A stretch of DNA of 64,000 bases from Lophium mytilinum (Eukaryota): positions 1,674,001 to 1,738,000 of the forward strand of contig MU004183.1 in NCBI GenBank assembly GCA_010093605.1, given 5' to 3'. Every line of letters starts with the position of its first letter. The stretch's first letter is position 1. The position numbers were made by a program, and so were the translations under genes. Of this stretch, positions 13,752-24,878 are shown in pieces. The notes below the pieces were generated by a model. That model did not search any database. It was not told where the DNA came from and was given only the letters and a program-made list of their open reading frames with translations.

Positions 13752-15837
13752 ATGGCGCCTCCGCCTATAGCTCCTTTTCCTCCCGCGACCCTCCGTCATG
13801 AGCTCGTTCCTGAGGAATGGCAAGCGTGCCTGGACGCCTGGATATCTCTCACACAAATTCATCTCCGATTGTCAGACAGCGAATTTATCAAGACTGCTTC
13901 AGATGAAGACCCTCTGGCTTCTTTCCTCACCACGTACTTCCATGAAGTGTCTCATGCTTCAGCCAACGATTCCAGCCTTCAAGGACCGAAGGTCGCCTCG
14001 TTGAGGAAGTTATGTTTCCTCCTCACCCACAGGATACTTTCTGAAAACTCTATACCTCCTTCTCTTCTTGCTTGGCCATTCCTAACGGATATATGTCACG
14101 TGTTCCCGCGAAGTAAGGGTCTACGCCAAATCCTCCAGAGCGTTTGGAAGCGAAAAGGAGAAGAACTGGGATCCGAGCTGCAGAAAATAAAGAACTCTAT
14201 GACTGTAGCCCTAGATTCATCTAGCCCCGAGGCAGCGGAGGACGATGTTGAGCGGCTCTGCCACCTGCTGCATGTCTTACCAGACGCCGGAGACCTCTTC
14301 ATTACGGGGGCGGACTTTCCAGATTCATTGAGCACAGCGTACAGTAAAGCTTCACGAGGCCTGCAGTCGAAACTGGTTTTAGTGGCATATCTCTCACTTT
14401 TGGGCACATTAAAGAGTTCCAAGATGAATTACTCCCTCCTTACTGACCATCTATACGCCCTGAAGATCAGGGCTGAACAGGACCAGAAGACTGGCAAGAA
14501 GCTTCTTCTGGCTGATCTGGTTACCAATACGCCCCTTCTGGTTCAAATTCAAGACACATTACCAACCAAAGGTTCCAGAGCGAAAAACATTGCTGCCTCT
14601 CTCAGCGTGTTTCGGCAGTCCAGTCTTGCAAGACCAAAGAATCTGGTGCGAAGAAAGATTGATAAGGGTAAGGCCCGCGCGGATGATCACGACGTGTATG
14701 GCGACCGTTCATTTGGGGCAATCCACGTGCATCGCATGAGCCTTGTCAGTCAGATCCAGGACCTGTTCCCTGAACTTGGCGCCGGCTTTGTGGTGAAATT
14801 ACTGGACGAATACAAGGACGATGTGGAGCAAGTAACGGCACATTTACTGGAGGATTCGCTCCCTGACTACCTCAATGAGGCAGACAGGACCGCACAACTG
14901 TACGTTGTTCTGACACAAGCAGCGGCTCTTTGGCAACTACATGCAATAAGCTTGCGACCCAAAGAGCCCTCTGCTTCAAAGACCTTCATTAATAAGCTGA
15001 CATTATTGCAGGAGTAATGACTGCCCACCGAGGGAAGCTCACTTCACACCTGGTTCAACCCCTCCACCTCTATCTGAACGCCGCAACATATTCGACAATG
15101 ATGAGTTCGACAAGTTGGCAGTTGACGCATCTCGTCTACACATTGGCCGCAAGAACGAGAAGCTTACCACAGACGCCATTCTCTCCGATCGCAGGACCGC
15201 ACCGAATAAGGCTGCCATCCTATCTGCCCTCGCCGCTTTCGACTCCGACGACGATGAGAGGGATGACACCTATGACGCCGAAGACGTTGGCGGTACTGTT
15301 GATACGACGATGCCAGGCAACGAGGCTGATGTGAACGAGGATGCACTCTTCAAGGCATACACAGCTAATCCTAGCGTCTTTGGCCGCGACGCGGATACAA
15401 GACGAAGCAAGGCACGAGCTGCCCTGAAGAGCGAGACAGGAATGACGGATGAGTCAATCGAGGGCTGGTCTATTATGATCGGACGGGATCCGCGGCGTCT
15501 TCGGAGGTTGGAGATAAAGTTCTCCAATTTCTCTGGCCAGCAGCGTGAGCTAGCCTCGACAGCATACAGAGGCAGCCCCGCCGACTCCGGAACTGAGGGC
15601 GAGAATACTGTAGATGGTGGTAGAGGAGGGAGAGGAGGTTTCCCAGGGAGAGGACGCGGTCGAGGCCGTGGCCGTGGCGGGCGAGGAGGCGGAGGAGCAG
15701 GTGTAGCGGGCGCTTCAGACGACAAGAATACGCAGGCCGCGCGGCAGTATAAGGAGGCGAGCAAAGGATCTCGTGCGAATCATAATCGGCGCGACCAGCG
15801 AGCGAAGAAGATGGCGAGAGGTGGGTTTCCTGGGTAG
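13752..15837 (+). CDS. CUE3: CUE-domain protein, ASCC2/Cue3 (Rqt3) homologue, ribosome quality control trigger complex subunit
   Basis: CUE motif VSQIQDLFPELGAGFVVKLLDEYKDDVEQVTAHLLE. Intron 14900-15011 joins in frame to ERRNIFDNDEFD, DDERDDTYD, VFGRDADTRRSKARAALKSETGMTDESIEGW, an RGG box and the C-terminal RANHNRRDQRAKKMARG typical of ASCC2/Cue3. Confidence 0.88.
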
Positions 15838-18010
15838 ACTTAATGATCGGATGATGTCTCTAGAAGGCATTCACGAATTATACCCAGTATTCCAGAGTCA
15901 GCGTATTCTCTTCCTACCAATGTGCAGTCTCAGGAGAGTATTCTTCGGAGACCAATCGCCGCTTGGAGTACTTCGATAAACTCGTTGATGTATGAGTAGA
16001 ATATGTTACTCCAAATCACGCAGACTGGACTCAGAGTTCACACGTCCTCCTGTCAAAACCTTTTCAACACCCCTCCCATCCCTGTCACCGACATTCCCCC
16101 TACACCCGTACACGTGATCCCCTCTCTATCTCTCCGAACTTTTCCAACCATAAACCGCTCTCAGAGGCTCTCAACCACGGAGATATACCCCCAAAGAACC
16201 ATCACATGCCCCTTCCTCCCCTCCCCGGTCCGAGCATCAATACAGCGCACACCAGGCAACACACCGTCCGTCGATAACAACATATACCCATCGGCACACG
16301 CCTCTTGCCGCGTCGCGGCATCGGCCCTGATAGGGCTGGCCCTCCCCCCGGAAACCCTTCCGTGCCGCAACACCCCCCTCCCAGGGGCCCTCCCCTGCCA
16401 GATCAACCTCTCGACTTCTGAAATGCACAACCACTCGCGCACGCATAGCCCGGTCGCCGGCAATAACACGATTCACGGATAGCAGCTCGTAGCAGACCCC
16501 CCACCGCACCTCTCACGCGTTCAAAGAAGATGTAAAAAGAGAAGGGGGGGGTTTTTATGGAACGGGCCCTTGTTCGTGCAGGGTGTGAGCAGATATATTC
16601 GCTCCGTATTGCCGCTTTGAGCAATGCTTCGAGAATAGCGCGCGGTTGTTGCTGGGGTGTGAAGCGAGGGGAGGGCGGCGGGGGTAAGCGGGCCCCACTT
16701 ATGCGAGTTGTCAGAGCCGAGAACGTTGTGGAAGAGGCTACCGGGGGTAGTTTTTGAGGTGCAGAATGCAGATGCAGACGCAGAGTGATGGCAGTGGGTT
16801 GGTGCGGTGGGTTTGGGTAGGGGTATGGGGGTGATGGTGGGGCTGGTTGGGCTGGTTTATTGGGTTGTGACTCGTGAGTAGTATTTGAGAAACCGTAGCG
16901 ATGTGTGAGTTTGGGGCGGGATGATGGAGTTATGGAGGAGATTTCGTTCAGGCTTTGGGGATATAGGACCTCGTGGAGTGTTCGTGAAATGATATCTACG
17001 AACCCCTGTCTATCTCGAAGGCTATTCGATTTCATAATGGGACTATACATTGAGATGGAACTATGACTTGGATCGGCACTGCCTAGCTGTGTACACAGCA
17101 CACAGCCTATCTATCAGAACCCATATACCCGAATAGCAGCGAAGAAGAGAAACAAATACACATAGCCTTCCGTAAAAGGTTTAAACCCGGTCATAATACA
17201 ACACCAGTCTACTGAACCACAAGCCCCAACGACCCTCGTAAACCCTATAGTGAACGCTGAATGCTACCACCAACACACCTCACCGCTCAGTCCACTCGCA
17301 CTAGCCCTCTTCTATATAGCTTACATCCGCAGCAACCCATTCTGGCCCCCAGAGCATACAAGTGTCTCACCACTCTAACGAGTGACGACACACCCAGCTC
17401 AGCGCAAGGCGGACGCTGGACGCTGACGCCGTCTGCATCCGTGTTTACCTCCTTCCGGATTCCGGATCCTTCAGGCTCTGCGATAGAGCACGGGGGTGAC
17501 ACGTGACGAGATCGGCGATGTGATCAGTGTAGGCGCGGAGACGGACGCGGTGCCGCCGAAGACGAGGGGCCAGGGAGCGCCGGGCGGGTGATGCCGGGGA
17601 CACGCTCTTCGCTCTGGAGGCTCGAGTCGTAGTTAGGAAGAGAAGAGGAAGCAGGAAAGCGTGGGATATAGTTATTTACTCTTCAAACTTGCGAGAGCTT
17701 CGTGTCTGCTAATACAAATATCGATAATCATGTACTGTAAACGCTAGACGAAGTGAACCGAAACGAGATATCCTCCATATGTGTGTATACCCATGCGCCT
17801 GCCCTATGATAATGCCCGCTTGATGGAAGAAAGAAAAAGACGCCACTGATGCTTCATCTACCAGCGAATCGAATGGAATTCATCATCTTCGGTTGAAACG
17901 AATAGCAAACTTGATGAGATCCTGAGAGAAGAACGGTGGGGAAGCTTGTGCAAATTCTCGCACCTGTCGAAAATCCACAAAGTCTCCTCGTTGGTCATCA
18001 CCCTGAACCG

Positions 18011-19167
18011 TTACAACTGTGAAAGCTGGTTCAGAGCCCACGTTAGCGAGCCTCTTGCATCTAGCTCACCGCTGGCGTAGTTCGGGCGGTAATGGTGCTC
18101 CACAACCGCTAGGAGAGACCGGTATACTGTGTATCTATAATTTAGGTTAGCAAGTTTCCATGAAGGCTACAACATCCACTTCCACAAAGCGAAATACAAA
18201 GTTTAAAAACAAGGCAATCAACTCACAAAAGCTGTCGTATCCTCGCCTTCCCCACACGACTCGGACACTCGCCATAACCCTCTAAAAGCGCCTCACTCGC
18301 ATCTACAAAGACAGCCGCGAGCATCGGATCGCCCCACACGGCGTTCGAAAACCCCACCACCCCGGACACTTGCTTCGTGCGCTCGTCGATCAAGACATTC
18401 TCAGGGATGCCCACATCGAGCGGCACGAGACGCGCTTCCGTGACCTCGTCCAGCAGCCTCCCGTGCCGCGCCATGTTCTGGCGGATGCTGTCGTACGGCA
18501 CGCTGACGAGCATGTCCTCGGCGTCGCGGAGAGCGGACTCGAGCAGAGAGAGGAAGGCTTGCCGCCATGAAGTGCTGCCCGTGCCGGTGAAGACGCGGTG
18601 AGCGAGGCCGAAGCTGTCGGCAGCGAAGGAGGTGACGGAGCGGACGTAGGCGCCTATCGCACGATCGACGGTGCGGCGTTCGCTGGCGGTGAGACGCGAC
18701 GACAGGTCTGAAAGGCGCGTACCGGGGATGCAATGGAGGAGGAGATGCGGAGAGCCTAGGGCGCGGCCCCATGAGTCGTGGTTGATGCATTGGGGGGTCT
18801 GGAGCTGGGTGTTGCTGCTGAGGGCGTCGAGGACCTTGGCTTCGCCTTCTAGAGTGCGCTGCTCGTGGCGGAGGAGGCGAGTATTGAAGGGGGGAGGGCA
18901 CTTTAGGATCAAGGAGCTGCCGTCGGTGATTCTCAGGAGGTAGACTTGATGGAGACGGCTTGGCATGCGCTCAATCTGGAGAATAGAGAGTCGCTGGGAG
19001 CGGAAAACGGAGCGAACGAGCTTTTGGATGTTGGGAAAGTCTGGAGATTGATTTGCACTAGATAAAGGAGTTCTGGAACGTGCAGAGTTTCCATAGCGTC
19101 CATGGCTCATGGTGACAACGGGGTAAGGAGAGACATCGAGCGGAGGGATATGCATCTTGAGGGACAT
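18011..19167 (-). CDS. Aminoglycoside phosphotransferase (APH)/choline-kinase-like fold protein, probably catalytically degenerate
   Basis: Motifs LILKCPP..RLLRHE, SFG..H, SWRQAF..LLESALRDAED and NVLID..VSGVVGFSNAVWGDP. Intron 18135-18226 adds a last exon YTVYRSLLAVVEHHYRP..LNQLSQL*. Confidence 0.8.
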
Positions 19168-20400
19168 GCAGAGAGACAGACAGAGAGCATCAGAGAAACG
19201 AATTCGGAATGCAAGCTTAACAGAGAGAATATTATCTTACGGTCCCAGGATGTTCAGGATGGAGGGCAGGGGGATGCAGATATCGCGGTCTCCAGGGTCT
19301 GGGGGTTAGCAGTTATTGCGGGCCTAGGGGTTAGTAGTTATTGCGGGCCTGGGGGCTCTGATTAGCAGCACGCAGTGAAGGAGATTTCGCAGAGGCACGC
19401 GGCGCAGGAGTAGGCGAGCGTTCGCTGGCAGTCGGAGCAAGGCCGGGCGGTCTGTAGCGAGATCTGTAGCGAAAAATGGCAGCTCTGGCAGCGGCAATGC
19501 TGCCTCTTGGGCACTGATGGCTGCCGCCAGGGCTGACGGGCATTCTCCAGGCGTGGCCGGGCATGGCGAGCGCATCATTCTCCAGCGCCACACCGTCAGA
19601 TGTCGCGACTCTGGGGGCGCCAGGGCGGTGAGCACGGGCACAGCTTCGTACCAAGTCTGCAGCAAAATTCAAATCACGGGCGTGGCGGTTGGTGCGGAGA
19701 GCGGGCATGAGGACTGAGTGGTGGTGGTTAGGGAGGGAGGCGGCGTCGTCAACGCGTCTCGTCTACTATCGCCCCAAAAGCCCTAGCGCATGTCGCGGCT
19801 GGCGGCTGTGATTGGCGGTGCTGCGAGAGGCAGAAGTTGGGCTTGTCTGCTCGCTTTCTGGAACGCGTCCAGGGCATCCACAGCGACGGGAAGGCCTCCA
19901 GGCTTCCCGCGACTGTTAAGGCGAACGTCGCGGATGGCACACCACGATGACACCTCGCGGCCCTAAGACCCTGCCGAGCCCTGAAGCCCACGCGCCGAAT
20001 GCTGCCGATGGGCAATGTGGGCGTTTCCCATGCCGGCGTTCTCCTCCTGGTCCTGATCTCCGCAAGGGGCCCGACATGGGCGAGCGAGCGGCCAGCAGTC
20101 CCCTCAACACCACGCCCGCATCGTCACCAGCCCCGAAGCCCCCCCTGGCGAGCCAGTCCGCTGGAGACGAGCTGGTGGGACCGCGCCATCACTGTCACGC
20201 CGCTGCTCCGGACCTGTGCACCCACATCCATCGAGTCTGTGCAACGTGCTGGACGTCTGAGCGTCGTCGGAGTATTTATATCTCGACTCCCTACATCCAT
20301 CTATCGAAATTTGCCCTCGACCAATGCCATGTCTCTGTGCACCTCGCGGCCAACGTCAGCACTCGAGGGGTTGGGGCCTGCTCGTCTCGGACATGGCTGC

Positions 20401-21654
20401 TCATTCAGACTGCTTCTTGGCCGTGGGCTCGTATATCTCTGCGATATTGTATCGCTTGAGCTGCTCGTAATCGCTACCGACGACGCTCATTCCGCACACA
20501 TTCTGCAACTTCGTGAGCCTGCGTCTGTCTGTGGCACCGACTTGACCCGGCCCACGCCCAAGCCGCGTCAGTGTGCATGTGAGAGTGAGCTTACCTGATA
20601 CACCTCGACCAGAACCGTCACGTCCGGGCTGGTCAGGTCGACCGGATGACCTGGCCCCACCGCCTCTGCCACCCGCTTGATGAGCACCAGCCGATCCGTC
20701 TTGTTGTTGCGCAGAGTCGGCCGAATCGCGAACTGATAGACGCCCAGTCAGCGCAATCAGCGTTTTAGCCATGTCCTGAGCCCACATGACATGACCCCAC
20801 ATCCTCCCGCAAAAATGGACGCTTTCCCACTCACCTTTTTCGCTCCAGTGCCCGGCGTGTGGAAATGTGGCTTGAGAACTTCTGCAGCCATCTCGTCAAT
20901 GCCCTTGTCCGTCGCCTTGCCCATGACCGTCATTGGAGTCAGTCGCTTAATGAACCGACTCTGCTTTTGCCCCGCGCTATTTGCAGCATCTTTGCAGATG
21001 GCATGGACGAATGAGACGGGCTCGATAGGCGGACGTGTTTTGAAAAAGACAACTACCCATTCAGTCAGTTGACGCCCACATCGGAACACGGCTAGGCAGA
21101 ACGCACGACATTCCGTCTCGATTTTGATTTGCGTAAACAGCGGCTCCTCTGTTGGTTTTCGGATCGCTTCAAGCTCTTGCTGGATCTCAGCTTCGATGTC
21201 CGCCTCGCCGTCCTCGGCATCGCCGCTCTCAGCTGCTGCTGCATCGTGGCTGGCTCCGTAGAGCTTCGTTGCGTACTAGATCGCGTCAGTGCTGTCCGCA
21301 AACGTGCTGAAAAGTGCCGCTACAGGGTCGATCCAAGTACCTCTTCGAACAAATCTCGACACTCTGCTGCGCATTTGCTTTGCTTCTTCATGTCACAAGT
21401 GATCCAAATGCCTACGTCGCCGGCCTCGATGCCTCGACTCGCCATCCCCTCCTTCCGTGGCGTACGCCATTGCTTCTTGTCCTGGATGGGTGTTTAGCGG
21501 GCAGAACACAAAAGCTGCAAATCGAGGAGCTGTCGAGGCCAAGCCTAAGCCATGGCTTTCACCATCGGAAGAAACGTACTCTAACTCTCTTGTTTTGAGC
21601 TGATTTCTCCGAGTCTGGAGCCGCCTTTCGTTTCTTTGACGAGCTGTCGGCCAT
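20401..21654 (-). CDS. TAN1: THUMP-domain RNA-binding protein (Tan1/THUMPD1-like), multi-exon
   Basis: Spliced segments GIWITCDMKKQSKCAAEC, VVFFKTRPPIEPVSFVHAIC, SRFIKRLTPMT, FAIRPTLRNN..VDLTSPDVTVLVEVYQ and NVCGMSVVGSDYEQLKRYNIAEI, joined by canonical introns. Confidence 0.85.
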
Positions 21655-21999
21655 GGCGCAATGGTGTGTTTCTTTGACGAGCAGTCGTCCGTGGTGGGGT
21701 CGGTTGCAAGAAGTTTGGTGGACCTGTCGATCACACGATACTTTCCTACGCTAGACAACCTGCCAAGACACAAAGGTTACCCAGGTGAGCAAGAACTGTC
21801 GTGAGCTTGGAACCTTGAAATGATTGGAAGTGAGGCGTTGAGCAGGGCAGAGTGGAATTCAAGTCTTGGCGGGTTTCGGATCTGTGTCTTGGCAATTTGA
21901 AAAAAGCCAGCCAACACACACAAACAAAATTCGTCTCTAGTGAAAGAGAATTTCTTCTTCGAAGCCCCAGACAAGCTGAGAGGTTCAATGAAAAAATGG

Positions 22000-22238
22000 T
22001 TTCGCGTCGGCCCGAGGCAGTGCAATACGAGCGACACTGTGCTCCTGAACATAGGCAAGCCCAGCGGCCCAGGAGCGGTTTCCAAAGACTGGATTAATCT
22101 TGAGAGATCCCGTAGGATCGTTTCAGAGATTAAACTGAAAAGAACAGATACTACACTTGATCTAAGCCAAAAGGCACTGTAAACACTGTTAGCAAAAGCG
22201 CGAAACTTTGGGGGGAGGGGTCAATTTACAAGAGAGCT
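22000..22238 (-). ncRNA. U2: U2 spliceosomal snRNA gene containing a 53-nt spliceosomal intron (22177-22229)
   Basis: Minus strand reads AGCTCTCTT[GTAAAT...GCTAAC AGTGTTTACAG]TGCCTTTTGGCTTAGATCAAGTGTAGTATCTGTTCTTTTCAGTTTAATCTCTGAAA. It shows the branch-recognition sequence GTAGTA, stem IIa, stem IIb (GATCC-TACG-GGATC), the IIc complement AGATTAA, stem III, and stem IV with a TATTGCAC loop. The ends are approximate. Confidence 0.96.
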
Positions 22239-22925
22239 AACGAGGAAGGAGGGACGGGGGACTGGCGAGCTGAAGTACTCCGAATTTTCTGGCGTCTTGG
22301 CGCTGACTCATCAGCGCTAGGCGGTTTAACAGGCCTTATTTTAATCGACCTAGCTGGTGCTTACTCATCGACGCTAGTGGTATTAATCAACTCCCCACGC
22401 TCCCTTGTACATATTGATCGAATTTCGCAGGCACTGTAAGAACGCGTTTGAGTCTTCAATAGGCCGAGCCCTAGTCTTCCTAGGTAATCCTTGTGTATGT
22501 TGGTACATAGGTGGCAGACTGTATCTTAGTAGTTTTTAAAACTATAAACGCCAAATACTCGTTGCTAGGCAGCAATATTGAATTCAGTACCATAAGTGAA
22601 TTTATTTACATCTACGAGCATGCACCACGGAGCGTTGCCTTGATTGCTTGAATTTAGGCTCTGAAAGCGAGTCCCTAAGCCAAACGCCCATCGCCCGCCC
22701 ATTGAAGGCCTCCAAACCTGGTAATGTAACCTTGGAAGGGCCTCCCTACGCAGACGCACTCTATGAGGAGTCTAAAACTCTTTTTTGACCAATTCCAGGT
22801 TGAAAGGATCCAGGGAAATGAGGAAGAAGTTCAAATCAAACCACCACCATTCCTTGATTCGAAGGCTTGCCCGCCGTGATAGAGAACTCTTTGTGTTGAA
22901 GGTCTTCACCCAGCCCCATCGATAC

Positions 22926-24298
22926 TCAGTTCAACAATCGCATCGTCATCTCAACCCTAAGAAGGAACCATTAGCAATCAGAGTTATCAAGCAAATTCAT
23001 GGCTTAGTCCGCCTCCATCTCGTTCACCTGGCTGGGTTCTCAAGAGACGGGAGAGGTGGCACTTACACAGCAAATGTCCCCGCGCTAACAGGCATAGCCC
23101 TCAGCAGCGTAGGCCCGATTCCTTTCCAGAAACCCCTCATCCCCTCCTGCGCCCACGTCTGCCCAAAGCAATCCCGCATGCTCTTGAACTTCTGCCGAGC
23201 CCCGAAGCCGTCACTCTGCATCTTGCTCTTAACAACATCGAACGGGTAACTCGCGATCCAAAGCATCTCTCCGGCTAGACCACCATAAAGCGCGACCTTC
23301 GGTGTGCTGATCTCTTCACGCTTGATGGAGTTCCGCTTCGCATCCGCGTTCATCAGGTACTCGAAAGTCAGGAACCAGAAGCCATAGGCCTGCGCTTCAC
23401 GAATGATAGTGACGGCTTCACCGCGGTAGAGACCACGCAGGACACCCTCGTGTGCGGAGAGCTTGCGGACGCAGTCGAGAGGGCCGCTGTAGAGACGCGC
23501 GGCTCCGTGGGGTTGGGTTTGTAGGCGGATACGCACGTGTTCTATCGGTCCAGAGATGACGGAGTTAGCGACACCGGCAAAGGCGCCGGCAGCGTAGTAC
23601 TGGCCGTACGAGAGCGTAGGTGAAGTGAGGGGCGAGGAAGATGCATTGCGGGATTCGAACGCACGACGGGCCCAGTGGAAAGCGCCGAATTGGACGGAGA
23701 CCTTTTCTCGGCGTTAGAGTGTGACGGAATGTTTGAGGGTATGTTTCAATGGTTTTGACAGCCTGGATGGGCATCGCAAGATTGGATTCCGTGAGGACTG
23801 CACTAAAAGGGCAGCTATAATATAGAAGAGTACTTACGCAAGCACCAATACCTAGTAGAGGGGTTAAAGTTCCCTTATAGAATGCTAAAGGACCCTCGCT
23901 CTTGTAGATCTTGCTAGCACAGTCAAAGGCACCAGAGTACTGTGTTGTGGTTTGCAGTCGAACTTTGATGATGTCTTCAATCGAGATTGGTCAGTTGCAA
24001 ACAGTCATTCAGCGATCTCCCGGGGCATGGGTGATTTTGTGACATACCAAAAGGTTGACCTATAATTGGTAGTTAGTGTCAGTAACAGAGTTCGAAGATG
24101 ACGAAATAGACTGATGTAAGAGAAACATATCGCGGAAAATGAAGCGAGACTGAATTGAAGGCACCCTTGTACGGAAGTCACGAGAATGATCATCTCACCT
24201 AGTAAGACCTGCGCAACACCTCCAGCAGCACCGGAACCCAAGTCCTTGAATGTCCGAGCGAGGCCCCCACCCTCAAGCTCGGCCTCTGCAGCAGCCAT
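22926..24298 (-). CDS. Mitochondrial carrier family protein (YMC1/YMC2, carnitine/amino-acid carrier-like)
   Basis: Three PxD/ExxK/R motifs (QPFDIIKVRLQ, GPIEHVRIRLQ, YPFDVVKSKMQ) plus FYKGTLTPLLG and GFWKGIGPTLLRAMP. Includes a 12-nt micro-exon at 24048-24059 and a last exon VEMTMRLLN*. Confidence 0.93.
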
Positions 24299-24878
24299 TG
24301 CGCTCAATGGGAAATGGTAATCCCTCAAGCTAGTAATTGGCTGGCTCTGTCTATATTATCGAATCGTCAACATATGTGGTCTGACTTGGGGGTGAGTGCA
24401 TGGACAAAGGTCTTCCATTTTTCTTTGGCTGACGTGCTTGATGCCAAGGCTCTACTTAGTAATCAACCACGTGAATGGATCTTGGGGCAGAAACGCAGAG
24501 ACGAACCGACGATGAGCAAGTGCTTCAAGATTATAGCTGTTCTTATTATAGATATGAATTAAGGTAATACTTTTAGAAGAGAAAACGGTCGGATCCAGAC
24601 AGTACAATATATACAATGCTTCCATATCACATCCAAGACACCCAGCTCCGCCCGCTTCCTCATCCCCGAAGATACTCGTACATAAGAAAGCCCAGGTAGA
24701 GGGCGTGTGGAGGTATAGAATCCAGCCTCAGTGACCCAGCGTCGCCGACGTTGTCCTCCTCAAGATACTCGTACACAATATGGTCCAGATAGAAGATATC
24801 TGCTCGTATGAAACAAAGCAATGCGTCTCTATGATATATCGCAATCTTACAGCTCCTGCTCTTCCTCTTCACTAGCAT

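Noticed and set aside
16000..17300. Telomerase RNA candidate
   Set aside because: No TAACCCTAA-type template was found on either strand.
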